Made by a program: the position numbers and the translations under genes. Positions 1 to 6,587 of a stretch of DNA of 32,529 nucleotides are shown here, one piece after another. The DNA lies in the IMG/VR virus record IMGVR_UViG_3300036985_007129, positions 1 to 32,529 of that record. The stretch is one strand, 5' to 3'. Source of the DNA: a virus (Duplodnaviria > Caudoviricetes). The notes beneath the pieces were generated by a model. The model was not told where the DNA came from. It ran no database searches and saw only the letters and a program-made list of their open reading frames with translations. The stretch's first letter is position 1; the number at the start of each line of letters is the position of its first letter.

Positions 1-154
1 CACCGTGCGCATGTCGTTCAGCCGCACAAGGCAATACCAATCCGTGTCTCCGTCTTCGCGGAGCAGCACAACAGGGATTGCACCGGTCTTGGCGGCATCT
101 TCCTCTGCCTGTTCATAGAACCGCAAGACGCCGATTGCTTTGCGCCCCTTGACC
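1..154. repeat. Terminal direct repeat, left copy (circular assembly overlap)
   Basis: 1..154 matches 32376..32529, with mismatches only at positions 4, 17 and 28; 29..154 is identical. Confidence 0.97.
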
Positions 155-312
155 TCGACATGCAACCCCTCGACATCGACGCGCAAGTCGGCGTCGCCCG
201 TTGCTCCGCTGTACTGGACACCGCGACGGGCATCGGAGCCGATGGCGGCGCGCCAACACTTTGCGGCTTCGCGCTCAAGGCGCTTCCCTTTCTGATTGCT
301 GTTGGTGGGCAT
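1..312 (-). CDS. Holliday junction resolvase-like PD-(D/E)xK nuclease, 5' part; wraps across the junction to stop at 32340 (115 aa)
   Basis: Not in ORF track. Manual translation from ATG at 312: MPTNSNQKGKRLEREAAKCW...RRGVQYSGATGDADL...LHVEVKGRKAI...AIPVVLLREDGDTDWYCLVRL; shows the KG-x-R-x-ERE, D-L and EVK pattern of Hjc-type phage resolvases. Confidence 0.8.
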   Translation of the reverse strand, partial: MPTNSNQKGKRLEREAAKCWRAAIGSDARRGVQYSGATGDADLRVDVEGLHVEVKGRKAIGVLRFYEQAEEDAAKTGAIPVVLLREDGDTDWYCLVRLNDMRTV

Positions 313-366
313 GGCAGGATCATCGGCTCAGCGCGTCGGGTCCGTGCGTCCGTTTAATGCTGCGAC

Positions 367-401
367 AAAAACGAAACCGCCGTGCATCGGCACGGCGGCT
401 C
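367..401 (-). terminator. Intrinsic terminator ending the early region
   Basis: Perfect 9-bp stem CCGCCGTGC/GCACGGCGG (377..398) with 4-nt loop, followed on the minus strand by TTTCGTTTTT. Confidence 0.75.
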
Positions 402-435
402 GCGTTGGGGAAAAGATCTGAGAATCCTACCAAAC

Positions 436-528
436 AGCCCTAGGATCAGCCGTGGGGCGTCCGAACCGTCAGGCAGGGCTTGGACAGCCCCTAGGCTCGA
501 AACGCCCCAGAAGCCGTCGTGGGCGTCC
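436..528 (+). repeat. Dispersed non-coding element, copy 1 (AGCCCTAGGATC-N7-GGGCGTCCGAACC...GAAACGCCCC)
   Basis: Shares 12-nt, 13-nt and 10-nt blocks at near-identical spacing with 18000..18086 and an inverted copy at 6015..6046. Confidence 0.75.
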
Positions 529-538
529 AGTTATCTGG

Positions 539-871
539 CTAGTTGTCGCTTTCCAGTCCGCTTTCGGCGTCCGAAGCGGTACCGGGCGACGCCCTAGCAA
601 TCAACTCCGCTCGAAGCCGCACGACGGCAAGACCGATGGCAAGGCGCGCGGCGGCAACGGACATCGGCTGCGCGCACATGAAATCTAGGTGCTGCATCAT
701 CAGCGGGGTCGTCGCCCTGCACAGCATCTCCTCTGAGATTCGCAGGTCCTCGAAGATGTCGATCAAGTGCGAGACTTCAGAGGATTCAAGAAACTGATTC
801 CACTGCGTCTCGCATCGATCATTCTTGGCGATGGCCTGCATCACGGTTGCCGAGGATTTACTCTTTGCCAT
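539..871 (-). CDS. Hypothetical protein (MAKSKSS...)
   Basis: ORF; start moved to ATG at 871, preceded by GAGGAGGAAGAG. Confidence 0.65.
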   Translation of the reverse strand: MAKSKSSATVMQAIAKNDRCETQWNQFLESSEVSHLIDIFEDLRISEEMLCRATTPLMMQHLDFMCAQPMSVAAARLAIGLAVVRLRAELIARASPGTASDAESGLESDN

Positions 872-983
872 TCTCTTCCTCCTCTTCAATCCTGAAGATG
901 GGTGCGAGCAATCTGCACAGCGCGTACAGACATGCTCCAAGCGTACATGCAGAAGCGATTGCGCTGATGATGTTGAAAGTCAT
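858..983 (-). CDS. Small membrane protein, 41 aa (MTFNIISAIASACTLGACLYALCRLLAPIFRIEEEEENGKE)
   Basis: Below ORF-track cutoff; AAGGAGACACC-ATG RBS, ATGA overlap with upstream stop, hydrophobic N-terminal helix and acidic tail. Confidence 0.7.
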   Translation of the reverse strand: MTFNIISAIASACTLGACLYALCRLLAPIFRIEEEEENGKE

Positions 984-1219
984 GGTGTCTCCTTGAAACA
1001 GATCCAACCTTTAAGGCGAATGGCAGATGACAAACGGTTTACCTCGTTTGCTTGTAGTTCACAAACTTCCCGCCGCGCCTCGTCGCGTTCGGCGCGAAGG
1101 CGTTCAATCTCATTGGCGGCTTCGCACGCTTCTCTACGCGCTTCGTCTCGCTCTTTGATGATGTTTTCAGTCACCGCCAATAGATCACCCAAGCGGCGCA
1201 TATAGTCATGAACGTTCAT
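980..1219 (-). CDS. Small coiled-coil phage protein
   Basis: Internal repeat ERDEARREAC/ERDEARREVC; ATGA coupling with both neighbours. Confidence 0.75.
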   Translation of the reverse strand: MNVHDYMRRLGDLLAVTENIIKERDEARREACEAANEIERLRAERDEARREVCELQANEVNRLSSAIRLKGWICFKETP

Positions 1220-1596
1220 GACGGCTCTCCTGTGAGCAATTCAAACTTTGGTGCATTGTGACCAGCGCACCCGCCGTAGTGACGGCTCGGTGTGTATCGG
1301 TAGAAGTGAACCGTCTGATGAGGATGCGTCGGCGTTCGCTGCAGGATGCACCAACCAATGCCGTCCCTTGCAATCGACCAGAACTCCGGATAGGTCATGA
1401 GCGCCGTATAGAACTTCAGCGTCTCGTGCCCGAACATCCAACCATCGTTGTGGTGCAGGTCGTCAGCGATTGCTCGCTCAAGGAGCCGATCGTCAGAAGA
1501 GTGAATGAGGTTTGACGGCTCTTGGAATCGAGCAACGGTGATGCGCCCCTCGCCGGCGGCGTTGTCCACCCAAGCGGTCTTGTAGCGGTAGTTCAT
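1216..1596 (-). CDS. Hypothetical protein
   Basis: 126-aa ORF, ATGA overlap with upstream gene, GGGGAAGAC RBS-like sequence. Confidence 0.7.
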   Translation of the reverse strand: MNYRYKTAWVDNAAGEGRITVARFQEPSNLIHSSDDRLLERAIADDLHHNDGWMFGHETLKFYTALMTYPEFWSIARDGIGWCILQRTPTHPHQTVHFYRYTPSRHYGGCAGHNAPKFELLTGEPS

Positions 1597-1898
1597 GTCT
1601 TCCCCAATTCGTTTTTGGCGTCAAGCCACATGTTGCGATAGAGGCTGACTTGAATCGTGAGCCGCTCGACCATGACACAGGATTCAATCAGGAGGATGGG
1701 GTCGATTTCCGTCGGCTGCCCCAATGCAATCCTCCGTCGGATTTTCTGTGCGGTCTTGCGCGCGTCGGCGCTGAGGTCCACAGGTTCAAACCTGCCCATG
1801 AATGCAGGGTCATCACGGTCAGAGCTCGAAAGCCCGGGTTGCGTGACGAGTGGTATGCCTGTCTGTGCGGAGCGTTCTTCGTCGTTCATGTTGCGCAT
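1593..1898 (-). CDS. Hypothetical protein (MRNMNDEERS...)
   Basis: Start at 1898 preceded by GAAGGAGACACC. Confidence 0.7.
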   Translation of the reverse strand: MRNMNDEERSAQTGIPLVTQPGLSSSDRDDPAFMGRFEPVDLSADARKTAQKIRRRIALGQPTEIDPILLIESCVMVERLTIQVSLYRNMWLDAKNELGKT

Positions 1899-2221
1899 GG
1901 TGTCTCCTTCATCACGCAGACGATTGCGAGTCGTCCGCTTGTTTGCTTGCGGGTAGTTCCGTTCGGCACGATGCAGCCGAGCCGTCGCAGGTCGCTGCAC
2001 CGTTTCCAGTATCCGGTGAGTCGCAACCCGGCGGCGCTGGCCGCTTCCTCGTCAGTCAGGCCGTCGTGCCCTGCCTGTCGGTACGCGTTCAGGAGCGCCA
2101 CGGCTTGCCCTGCGGCAGCCGTCACGGTGACGGCGGCAATTCGGCTTGTCACAGGATCGGACGCCCTGGCGTTGCCCGTGGTCATTTGGTCAAACAGACT
2201 TAGCATCGGTGTCGTCGTCAT
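1886..2221 (-). CDS. Winged-helix DNA-binding protein
   Basis: ARASDPVTSRIAA N-terminal motif, then GLTDEEAA...YWKRCSDLRRLGCIVPNGTTRK..SGRLAIV, a pattern typical of small phage wHTH proteins; GAGGAGGAAGACG RBS before ATG at 2221. Confidence 0.7.
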   Translation of the reverse strand: MTTTPMLSLFDQMTTGNARASDPVTSRIAAVTVTAAAGQAVALLNAYRQAGHDGLTDEEAASAAGLRLTGYWKRCSDLRRLGCIVPNGTTRKQTSGRLAIVCVMKETPCAT

Positions 2222-2624
2222 CGTCTTCCTCCTCTTCTTCTGGTTCAAGTTGCGCCTCGAGCGCTTCAAGGTCGTGCTCATCAAGCACGGCGTATTCCTC
2301 GAGTTTGGTTTGCGCGGCTTCGCACAGGGCAATCGATTGCACGGCGTGTGGACTGATGGCAATCCATTCGATCCAGCCGACGAGGAAGTGGTTCTCGCAA
2401 ACAACCACATGACCGCAGCACAGTTCGTCATCGGCATCGATGTCATTAGCCAAAGCGGTTGTGATGTCCGCTGTTTCGACGGCGCGCAACTGCGCAAGCA
2501 GCACACGGAAGTTGGATTCATCAACCGTGTTTGAGTCTCGGCAGCGAGACACGGGCGAAACGAGAAACCCGTCCCATCGTTCGCCGTGGTAGTAGCGCGG
2601 CATCTTCCAGGGTTGAAGACTCAT
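2190..2624 (-). CDS. Phage hypothetical protein with very acidic C-terminus
   Basis: RDS...ESNF, HFLVGWIEW and LEEYAVLDE motifs; EPEEEEEDDDDDTD tail; GGGAGG RBS. Confidence 0.75.
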   Translation of the reverse strand: MSLQPWKMPRYYHGERWDGFLVSPVSRCRDSNTVDESNFRVLLAQLRAVETADITTALANDIDADDELCCGHVVVCENHFLVGWIEWIAISPHAVQSIALCEAAQTKLEEYAVLDEHDLEALEAQLEPEEEEEDDDDDTDAKSV

Positions 2625-2818
2625 GTTGCCTCCCTGCTGAGTTTGACGTTAGAGAGAAAGCAGAAAGCAATTCTGACTTTGCCGTCATGCGGAACATGAA
2701 GCACATCGACATGGCCGATGACCTCGCCCGCAATCGAAACGATCATGCGATCGCCCTCACGGCATTCGCGGTTGATGCATCCCGCGCCCGGAAGTTTCTT
2801 GCGTTCGATGGACTTCAT
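2621..2818 (-). CDS. Divergent CsrA/RsmA-like small RNA-binding protein (65 aa)
   Basis: REGDRMIV...VDVLHV..GKVRIAF.....VKLSRE aligns by eye to CsrA RVGETLMI...VTVLGV..NQVRIGV.....VSVHRE; GGGAGG RBS. Confidence 0.55.
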   Translation of the reverse strand: MKSIERKKLPGAGCINRECREGDRMIVSIAGEVIGHVDVLHVPHDGKVRIAFCFLSNVKLSREAT

Positions 2819-3072
2819 CGTGTGCCTCCCTGACGGGCGGCAGGGCGTTGCGCCCCGCCGGCCCGCTTAGTCGGGGAGACAGCCGCGTCGTGCGGTTCCG
2901 ACGGGTCAGAGTCTACAACGCGCCACTGATTCATGCGCGTCACCCATTGAATGGCGGCGAGCTCATCCGTGTCAGCCGCGGCAAGCCGTGCGGCAATCTT
3001 GGCAAGACCTCGAGCAACGACGGGCGAGTAGTGCGGGCGGCGATTGATGTTGAGCGGTTGCCCGTGAATCAC
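2815..3072 (-). CDS. Hypothetical protein
   Basis: GTG at 3072 overlapping the upstream TGA (GTGA), preceded by AGGAGG. Confidence 0.6.
   Translation of the reverse strand: MIHGQPLNINRRPHYSPVVARGLAKIAARLAAADTDELAAIQWVTRMNQWRVVDSDPSEPHDAAVSPTKRAGGAQRPAARQGGTR
2833..2866 (-). promoter_or_regulatory. GC-rich hairpin directly upstream of the RBS of the CsrA-like gene
   Basis: GGCGGGGCG-CAA-CGCCCTGCC stem (one G-U), extendable by GCGGG/CCCGT; ends 2 nt before GGGAGG. Confidence 0.45.
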
Positions 3073-3299
3073 TGAGAGCCTCCTGTTGGAAATACGAAAC
3101 GAGTGACCTCGCCGACAACCTTGCCCTGGTCGTTGCACTGCGCAACGAACACGGTGTCATACGGCGGTTGTTCAGTTGTGACGACGATCATGGAGATTGT
3201 CCACGAGTCACCGGTGACTTTGACCGTGAGGCCTTCTCTCGAGGTCCACAGGCGTGATGACGATCCTGACTTGCTGACGATGGTTGCGCGTCTAGGCAT
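3069..3299 (-). CDS. Hypothetical beta-rich early protein
   Basis: 76-aa ORF with GGAGA RBS and conserved leader hairpin. Confidence 0.7.
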   Translation of the reverse strand: MPRRATIVSKSGSSSRLWTSREGLTVKVTGDSWTISMIVVTTEQPPYDTVFVAQCNDQGKVVGEVTRFVFPTGGSQ

Positions 3300-3329
3300 G
3301 TTGTCTCCGAGTCTGCAGCATCGTGCTGC
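3300..3329 (-). promoter_or_regulatory. Start-associated hairpin repeat (GCAGC-ACGAT-GCTGC + AGACTCGGAGACAAC-ATG)
   Basis: Hairpin 3315..3329, 15 nt upstream of ATG at 3299. Confidence 0.85.
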
Positions 3330-3334
3330 GGTTT

Positions 3335-3368
3335 GAAAGGCAGGGATTGCGTTCCCGCAATCCGTGCC
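3335..3368 (-). terminator. Terminator-like hairpin after the Gp157 gene
   Basis: GGCA-C-GGATTGCG-GGAA-CGCAATCC-C-TGCC followed by only a short TTTC; weak U tract. Confidence 0.5.
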
Positions 3369-3372
3369 GTGG

Positions 3373-3897
3373 TCACTTTATGCTGATGCGGTTTCCGCGT
3401 TCGCCGATCGATGCAAAGGAAACTTCTTTGCCGTCGGTCATAGCGGCGCGGATGGCGTCCTTGTTGACGCTGAGGATTGTCTCGGACTTGACTGCCCACG
3501 ACGGCAACTCATCCATGCCGACGCGGATGTGCAACGGTGCCTTGCCGCCGTTGTTCACCAGACTGACTTTGAAATGGTCCGTCTGCACGGGCTTGAGTCC
3601 CTTGGTTTCGAAGATGAAGCGCAAGCGCTCGCGCAGCGCGTCGGCGGCCTTTGTGTCTGCCTTGACCAGGGCAGCAATCCGGTTGGACTCAACCAGCCGT
3701 GCGTCGGCGCGGGCTTCGATGTCGGCGATCAATCGAACGTAGGCATCGACCTTGCCCGTGAGGTCGGTTTCCAATTCGCGTTCCCATGCTTCAACGGCAA
3801 TGGAAACGGAGACATCTGAGATGTCTCCGTCGTTCTCGAGGAGCAGGGCCTCGAGCGCTTGCATGTCTGATCCAATTTCATAGAGGGTGCGTGCCAT
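3373..3897 (-). CDS. Siphovirus Gp157-family (Gam-like) protein
   Basis: MARTLYEI..., KVDAYVRLI, ESNRIAAL, FKVSLVNNGGKAPL, VNKDAIRAAM..GKEV.FA...RGNRISIK; start at 3897 follows the leader repeat. Confidence 0.85.
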   Translation of the reverse strand: MARTLYEIGSDMQALEALLLENDGDISDVSVSIAVEAWERELETDLTGKVDAYVRLIADIEARADARLVESNRIAALVKADTKAADALRERLRFIFETKGLKPVQTDHFKVSLVNNGGKAPLHIRVGMDELPSWAVKSETILSVNKDAIRAAMTDGKEVSFASIGERGNRISIK

Positions 3898-3929
3898 GTG
3901 TGTCTCTCGTTTCTGCAGCGTCGTGCCGC
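3898..3929 (-). promoter_or_regulatory. Start-associated hairpin repeat (GCGGC-ACGAC-GCTGC + AGAAACGAGAGACACAC-ATG)
   Basis: Hairpin 3915..3929 with one G-U pair, 17 nt upstream of ATG. Confidence 0.9.
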
Positions 3930-3931
3930 GT

Positions 3932-4198
3932 TCACTGAGCAAAGAGGATTGTATCGCCGAGTTCAGCAATGATATCGTTTCGGTTGTAGTTCTCGAGCTC
4001 AAGCGTGTCCTCTTTGCTGACCTCAATAAACTCGCAGCAGAGGGCAATCACGTCAAGCTCGATCGGTGAGCCGCTGTCTTCCTCGAGCGCCTCGAGGTGG
4101 TTGAACATGGCTTCAAGTGCTGGACGGCTGAACTGGTCTCCGCGTCCAGCGGTCTTGAAGGCGTTCTCAAAGTCGGACAGGTAAACCTTGATGATCAT
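3932..4198 (-). CDS. Acidic small phage protein (FS..ALEA.F..LE...ELDVIALCCEF type)
   Basis: 88-aa ORF flanked by leader repeats; about 19 D/E versus 6 K/R. Confidence 0.8.
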   Translation of the reverse strand: MIIKVYLSDFENAFKTAGRGDQFSRPALEAMFNHLEALEEDSGSPIELDVIALCCEFIEVSKEDTLELENYNRNDIIAELGDTILFAQ

Positions 4199-4229
4199 GG
4201 GAAGTCTCGTTTCTGCAGCGTCGTGCTGC
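4199..4229 (-). promoter_or_regulatory. Start-associated hairpin repeat (GCAGC-ACGAC-GCTGC + AGAAACGAGACTTCCC-ATG)
   Basis: Hairpin 4215..4229, 16 nt upstream of ATG. Confidence 0.9.
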
Positions 4230-4237
4230 GGTAGTGA

Positions 4238-4561
4238 TTAGATGACGGTCAGGATGCTGATTGGATGCGCGGACCAGTGCTGCCAAGCCTCATGAGCAAA
4301 GGCATCGCATTCATCGGTGCCGTGCTCGCTGACGTCGATGATTGCGGACATGGCTTCAACCATTACGCCGAGCGTGTCCGTGTGTTGGTTCGATGCGCAG
4401 TCCATGAGGCAGACCGGTTTCTCGGATGCGTTCACGGCGAGCACGGTGATGTACGCGGCTTCGCCGAGTTCCGTGAACAGTTGTCTGCCAAACTTCTTGG
4501 CCGTGCGTTCGATGTTGGCGGCGTAAACAACGGGGTGATTCTTGAGGTTCGTGAGGTTCAT
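4238..4561 (-). CDS. Hypothetical early protein
   Basis: 107-aa ORF between two leader repeats. Confidence 0.8.
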   Translation of the reverse strand: MNLTNLKNHPVVYAANIERTAKKFGRQLFTELGEAAYITVLAVNASEKPVCLMDCASNQHTDTLGVMVEAMSAIIDVSEHGTDECDAFAHEAWQHWSAHPISILTVI

Positions 4562-4591
4562 CTGTGTCTCGTTTCTTCAGCGTCGTGCTGC
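4562..4591 (-). promoter_or_regulatory. Start-associated hairpin repeat (GCAGC-ACGAC-GCTGA + AGAAACGAGACACAG-ATG)
   Basis: Hairpin 4577..4591; its terminal TGA is the stop codon of the upstream ORF. Confidence 0.9.
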
Positions 4592-4780
4592 GTTGAGGAT
4601 CATCGTGCGTTGAATGCTTGGCGGCATGCGGTGCGCAGCCGTGAAGTCGTTGATTGAGTCGTTCCAAACAAGAACGCGGTTTCCGTCTTTGACCAAGCAC
4701 CGGTGCGCCTTGACGATTCCGTCAAAGAAAGCAATGCAACGGACTGAGGTCATTTCAATAGGTTGAAGAGGACGGGTCAT
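4577..4780 (-). CDS. Hypothetical early protein
   Basis: 67-aa ORF between leader repeats. Confidence 0.75.
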   Translation of the reverse strand: MTRPLQPIEMTSVRCIAFFDGIVKAHRCLVKDGNRVLVWNDSINDFTAAHRMPPSIQRTMILNAARR

Positions 4781-4810
4781 CTGTGTCTCGTTTCTGCGGC
4801 GTCGTGCCGC
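4781..4810 (-). promoter_or_regulatory. Start-associated hairpin repeat (GCGGC-ACGAC-GCCGC + AGAAACGAGACACAG-ATG)
   Basis: Hairpin 4796..4810, 15 nt upstream of ATG. Confidence 0.9.
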
Positions 4811-4816
4811 GGGTGA

Positions 4817-5314
4817 TTAGCGAGCAAGGAAAGCCGCATCGTTGCAGGCTTTGCGTGCTTCATCAAAGGACTTGAGCAATCGGCGTGCAGTCATATCAGC
4901 AACTTCAAATGCTTGGTCGGCTTCCCACTTTGCGCGACGTGCTTGATCGCGTTGGTCGCATGATGCGTGATAGTCGGACTGCGCTTTAATCAATGCGCTG
5001 CTAGCAGCGGCAAGCAATGCCCACGGGTCCGTGGTCGGTTCCATCGTTGGTGTTGCAGTCACGACGGTCAGCACTTCATAGACGATGGTCCGCACGATGC
5101 GCTTGCCACAAGTCGGAACATTGGAAATCAGGTTTCCAACCTTGTACCGATTGTCAGCGCGGAAGATTGCTTCAGCGAAGTGCTTTGCATCAACTCCCGC
5201 GCCCTCAGTCTTCGCAAAGCGCAGACGGGTGTGGCGGATTCCGTTGACCTTCGTCTCGAGCACTTGATCGCGGTTCTTTGTTGCTGCCAAGACATTGATT
5301 GTGATCGTTTGCAT
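4817..5314 (-). CDS. Hypothetical early protein, paralogue of 5351..5827
   Basis: MQTITINVLAATKN...CGKRIVRTIVYEVLTV plus C-terminal coiled coil. Confidence 0.8.
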   Translation of the reverse strand: MQTITINVLAATKNRDQVLETKVNGIRHTRLRFAKTEGAGVDAKHFAEAIFRADNRYKVGNLISNVPTCGKRIVRTIVYEVLTVVTATPTMEPTTDPWALLAAASSALIKAQSDYHASCDQRDQARRAKWEADQAFEVADMTARRLLKSFDEARKACNDAAFLAR

Positions 5315-5344
5315 GTGTGTCTCGTTTCTGCGGCGTCGTGCCGC
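5315..5344 (-). promoter_or_regulatory. Start-associated hairpin repeat (GCGGC-ACGAC-GCCGC + AGAAACGAGACACAC-ATG)
   Basis: Hairpin 5330..5344, 15 nt upstream of ATG. Confidence 0.9.
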
Positions 5345-5350
5345 GATGGT

Positions 5351-5827
5351 TTAGATAGCAAGCCGTGCTTCGCAAGCCTTGAGGTCTGCCGCGTCCAATG
5401 CCTCGTTGGCAAACATCAATTCCCTGTCAGCCTTGTACTTTGCACGGAGTGCTGCGTCGCGCTTGGCGAGCATGATGCAGTAGTGGCTCTGCGCTTGGTC
5501 ATATGCTGCTCGAGCAGCAATCTCCCTTTCGGTCCGCACCGAAGGCGCAACCGTCAGGACCTTGAACACGAAGCGACGCACGATGCGCGCGCCGCATTCT
5601 GGTGTGGTTGCCTCGCTTGGAACGAGTTCTCCAACGATCAACCCGCCGAGGTTTGCTGCGCTTGGTGCGTTGCTCAGAAGGGCTGCCGCGAATTGCTGCG
5701 CAGCGAGTTCAGGAGTCCGACCGAAAGCCATGAAGAGTTGAGTCTCGCGCAAGCCCATGAACTGGACTGAAAGTTTGCGACCAGTGTTCTTCGTTGCCTT
5801 GAGGAGATTGACGGTGATCGTTTGCAT
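5351..5827 (-). CDS. Hypothetical early protein, paralogue of 4817..5314
   Basis: MQTITVNLLKATKN...CGARIVRRFVFKVLTV plus C-terminal coiled coil. Confidence 0.8.
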   Translation of the reverse strand: MQTITVNLLKATKNTGRKLSVQFMGLRETQLFMAFGRTPELAAQQFAAALLSNAPSAANLGGLIVGELVPSEATTPECGARIVRRFVFKVLTVAPSVRTEREIAARAAYDQAQSHYCIMLAKRDAALRAKYKADRELMFANEALDAADLKACEARLAI

Positions 5828-5855
5828 GTGTCTCGTTTCTGCGGCTCCGTGCCGC
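5828..5855 (-). promoter_or_regulatory. Start-associated hairpin repeat with ACGGA loop (GCGGC-ACGGA-GCCGC + AGAAACGAGACAC-ATG)
   Basis: Hairpin 5841..5855, 13 nt upstream of ATG; loop contains the ANGGA core of CsrA sites. Confidence 0.9.
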
Positions 5856-5874
5856 GGTTTCTTTGACTAGGTGA

Positions 5875-5905
5875 ATCATAGCGAGCAACAGGCAAGTGGA
5901 AGCAC
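5875..5905 (-). promoter_or_regulatory. Candidate sigma70-type promoter for the early cassette array
   Basis: TATGAT -10 at 5875..5880 in an AT-richer intergenic gap; no convincing -35 at 17-bp spacing. Confidence 0.4.
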
Positions 5906-5964
5906 TTTGCTACAAAGTTTGAGAAGTTTCTAGGAAATGTTGGAAATGGGCTCTGGTTGACCAG

Positions 5965-6046
5965 AAACGCGTGTGGGGAGCCCGGTTCGCGGCAGACCAA
6001 TCGGGCTAGCCGAATGCTCGGATGCCCCACAGGTCATCCTAGAGCC
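5965..6046 (-). repeat. Dispersed non-coding element, inverted copy (GGCTCTAGGATGACCTGTGGGGCATCCGAGC)
   Basis: Reverse complement of 6012..6046 matches 436..470 at 26/35 positions without gaps. Confidence 0.65.
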
Positions 6047-6587
6047 CTTGCTTGGCGGCTGATGATCGACGCGACGGCGGCAGGGTTCGCGACCAGAACA
6101 GCCGCGCCGACATGCCATCGACGTTTCGATCGCGGGCAAGGTCGGAAACGGCGAGCACCCACGTCCTAGGCCACGCGCCCGGGTCGCCGTCAGGTCGATG
6201 CCATCCAAGCGACTCGAGGAAGTGCACTGCGGTTTCAATCGTGGCAGCATCGATCGATGCAAGGTCGCGCCGTACGGCAAACCATTCCATGTCGACTCTG
6301 CTGACGCCAAGATCCATGTCAATCCTCGCCTGATGGCTCGCCACGTCTCTGCGTCTCTCTGCAGCAGCCGTTGACTCGCAATCATGATACTCGCGAAACT
6401 TCGATGGAAGGAATCGACCGAACGTTCCGCCGAAGTCGAGCGCGTACTGGTTCAGCGCAGCCATGCAGACGGCACAGTCTTTGTCTCGCATCCACCGGAC
6501 ATGCAGCGCAAAGATGTCTTCATCCATCGCGCCGCCGAAGAGGGCTCGAACCCTCAGACACAGCGCTGCTAGTTCAATCGCATTCAT
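6039..6587 (-). CDS. Hypothetical protein, possibly replication-associated (helicase loader-like N-terminus)
   Basis: 182-aa ORF with helical N-terminus ending in an F-x-P motif, downstream of a REEKRREEK linker, where lambda P/G39P-like genes usually sit; function is inference. Confidence 0.6.
   Translation of the reverse strand: MNAIELAALCLRVRALFGGAMDEDIFALHVRWMRDKDCAVCMAALNQYALDFGGTFGRFLPSKFREYHDCESTAAAERRRDVASHQARIDMDLGVSRVDMEWFAVRRDLASIDAATIETAVHFLESLGWHRPDGDPGAWPRTWVLAVSDLARDRNVDGMSARLFWSRTLPPSRRSSAAKQGL

Noticed and set aside
3898-4047. Long N-terminal extensions in the ORF track (Gp157 from 4047; also MCP from 21062, wHTH from 2524, MTase from 29352)
   Set aside because: They overlap upstream genes; downstream starts have an RBS or the leader repeat, or fit family N-termini better
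5089-5102. GC-ACGAT-GC hairpin-like matches on the plus strand (also near 5577..5587)
   Set aside because: Antisense to the mRNA and explained by the conserved RIVR codons in the two paralogues
3300-5855. CRISPR array or integron attC array
   Set aside because: Units between repeats are whole genes of 200-550 bp; no cas or intI gene; repeats lack attC R-box structure
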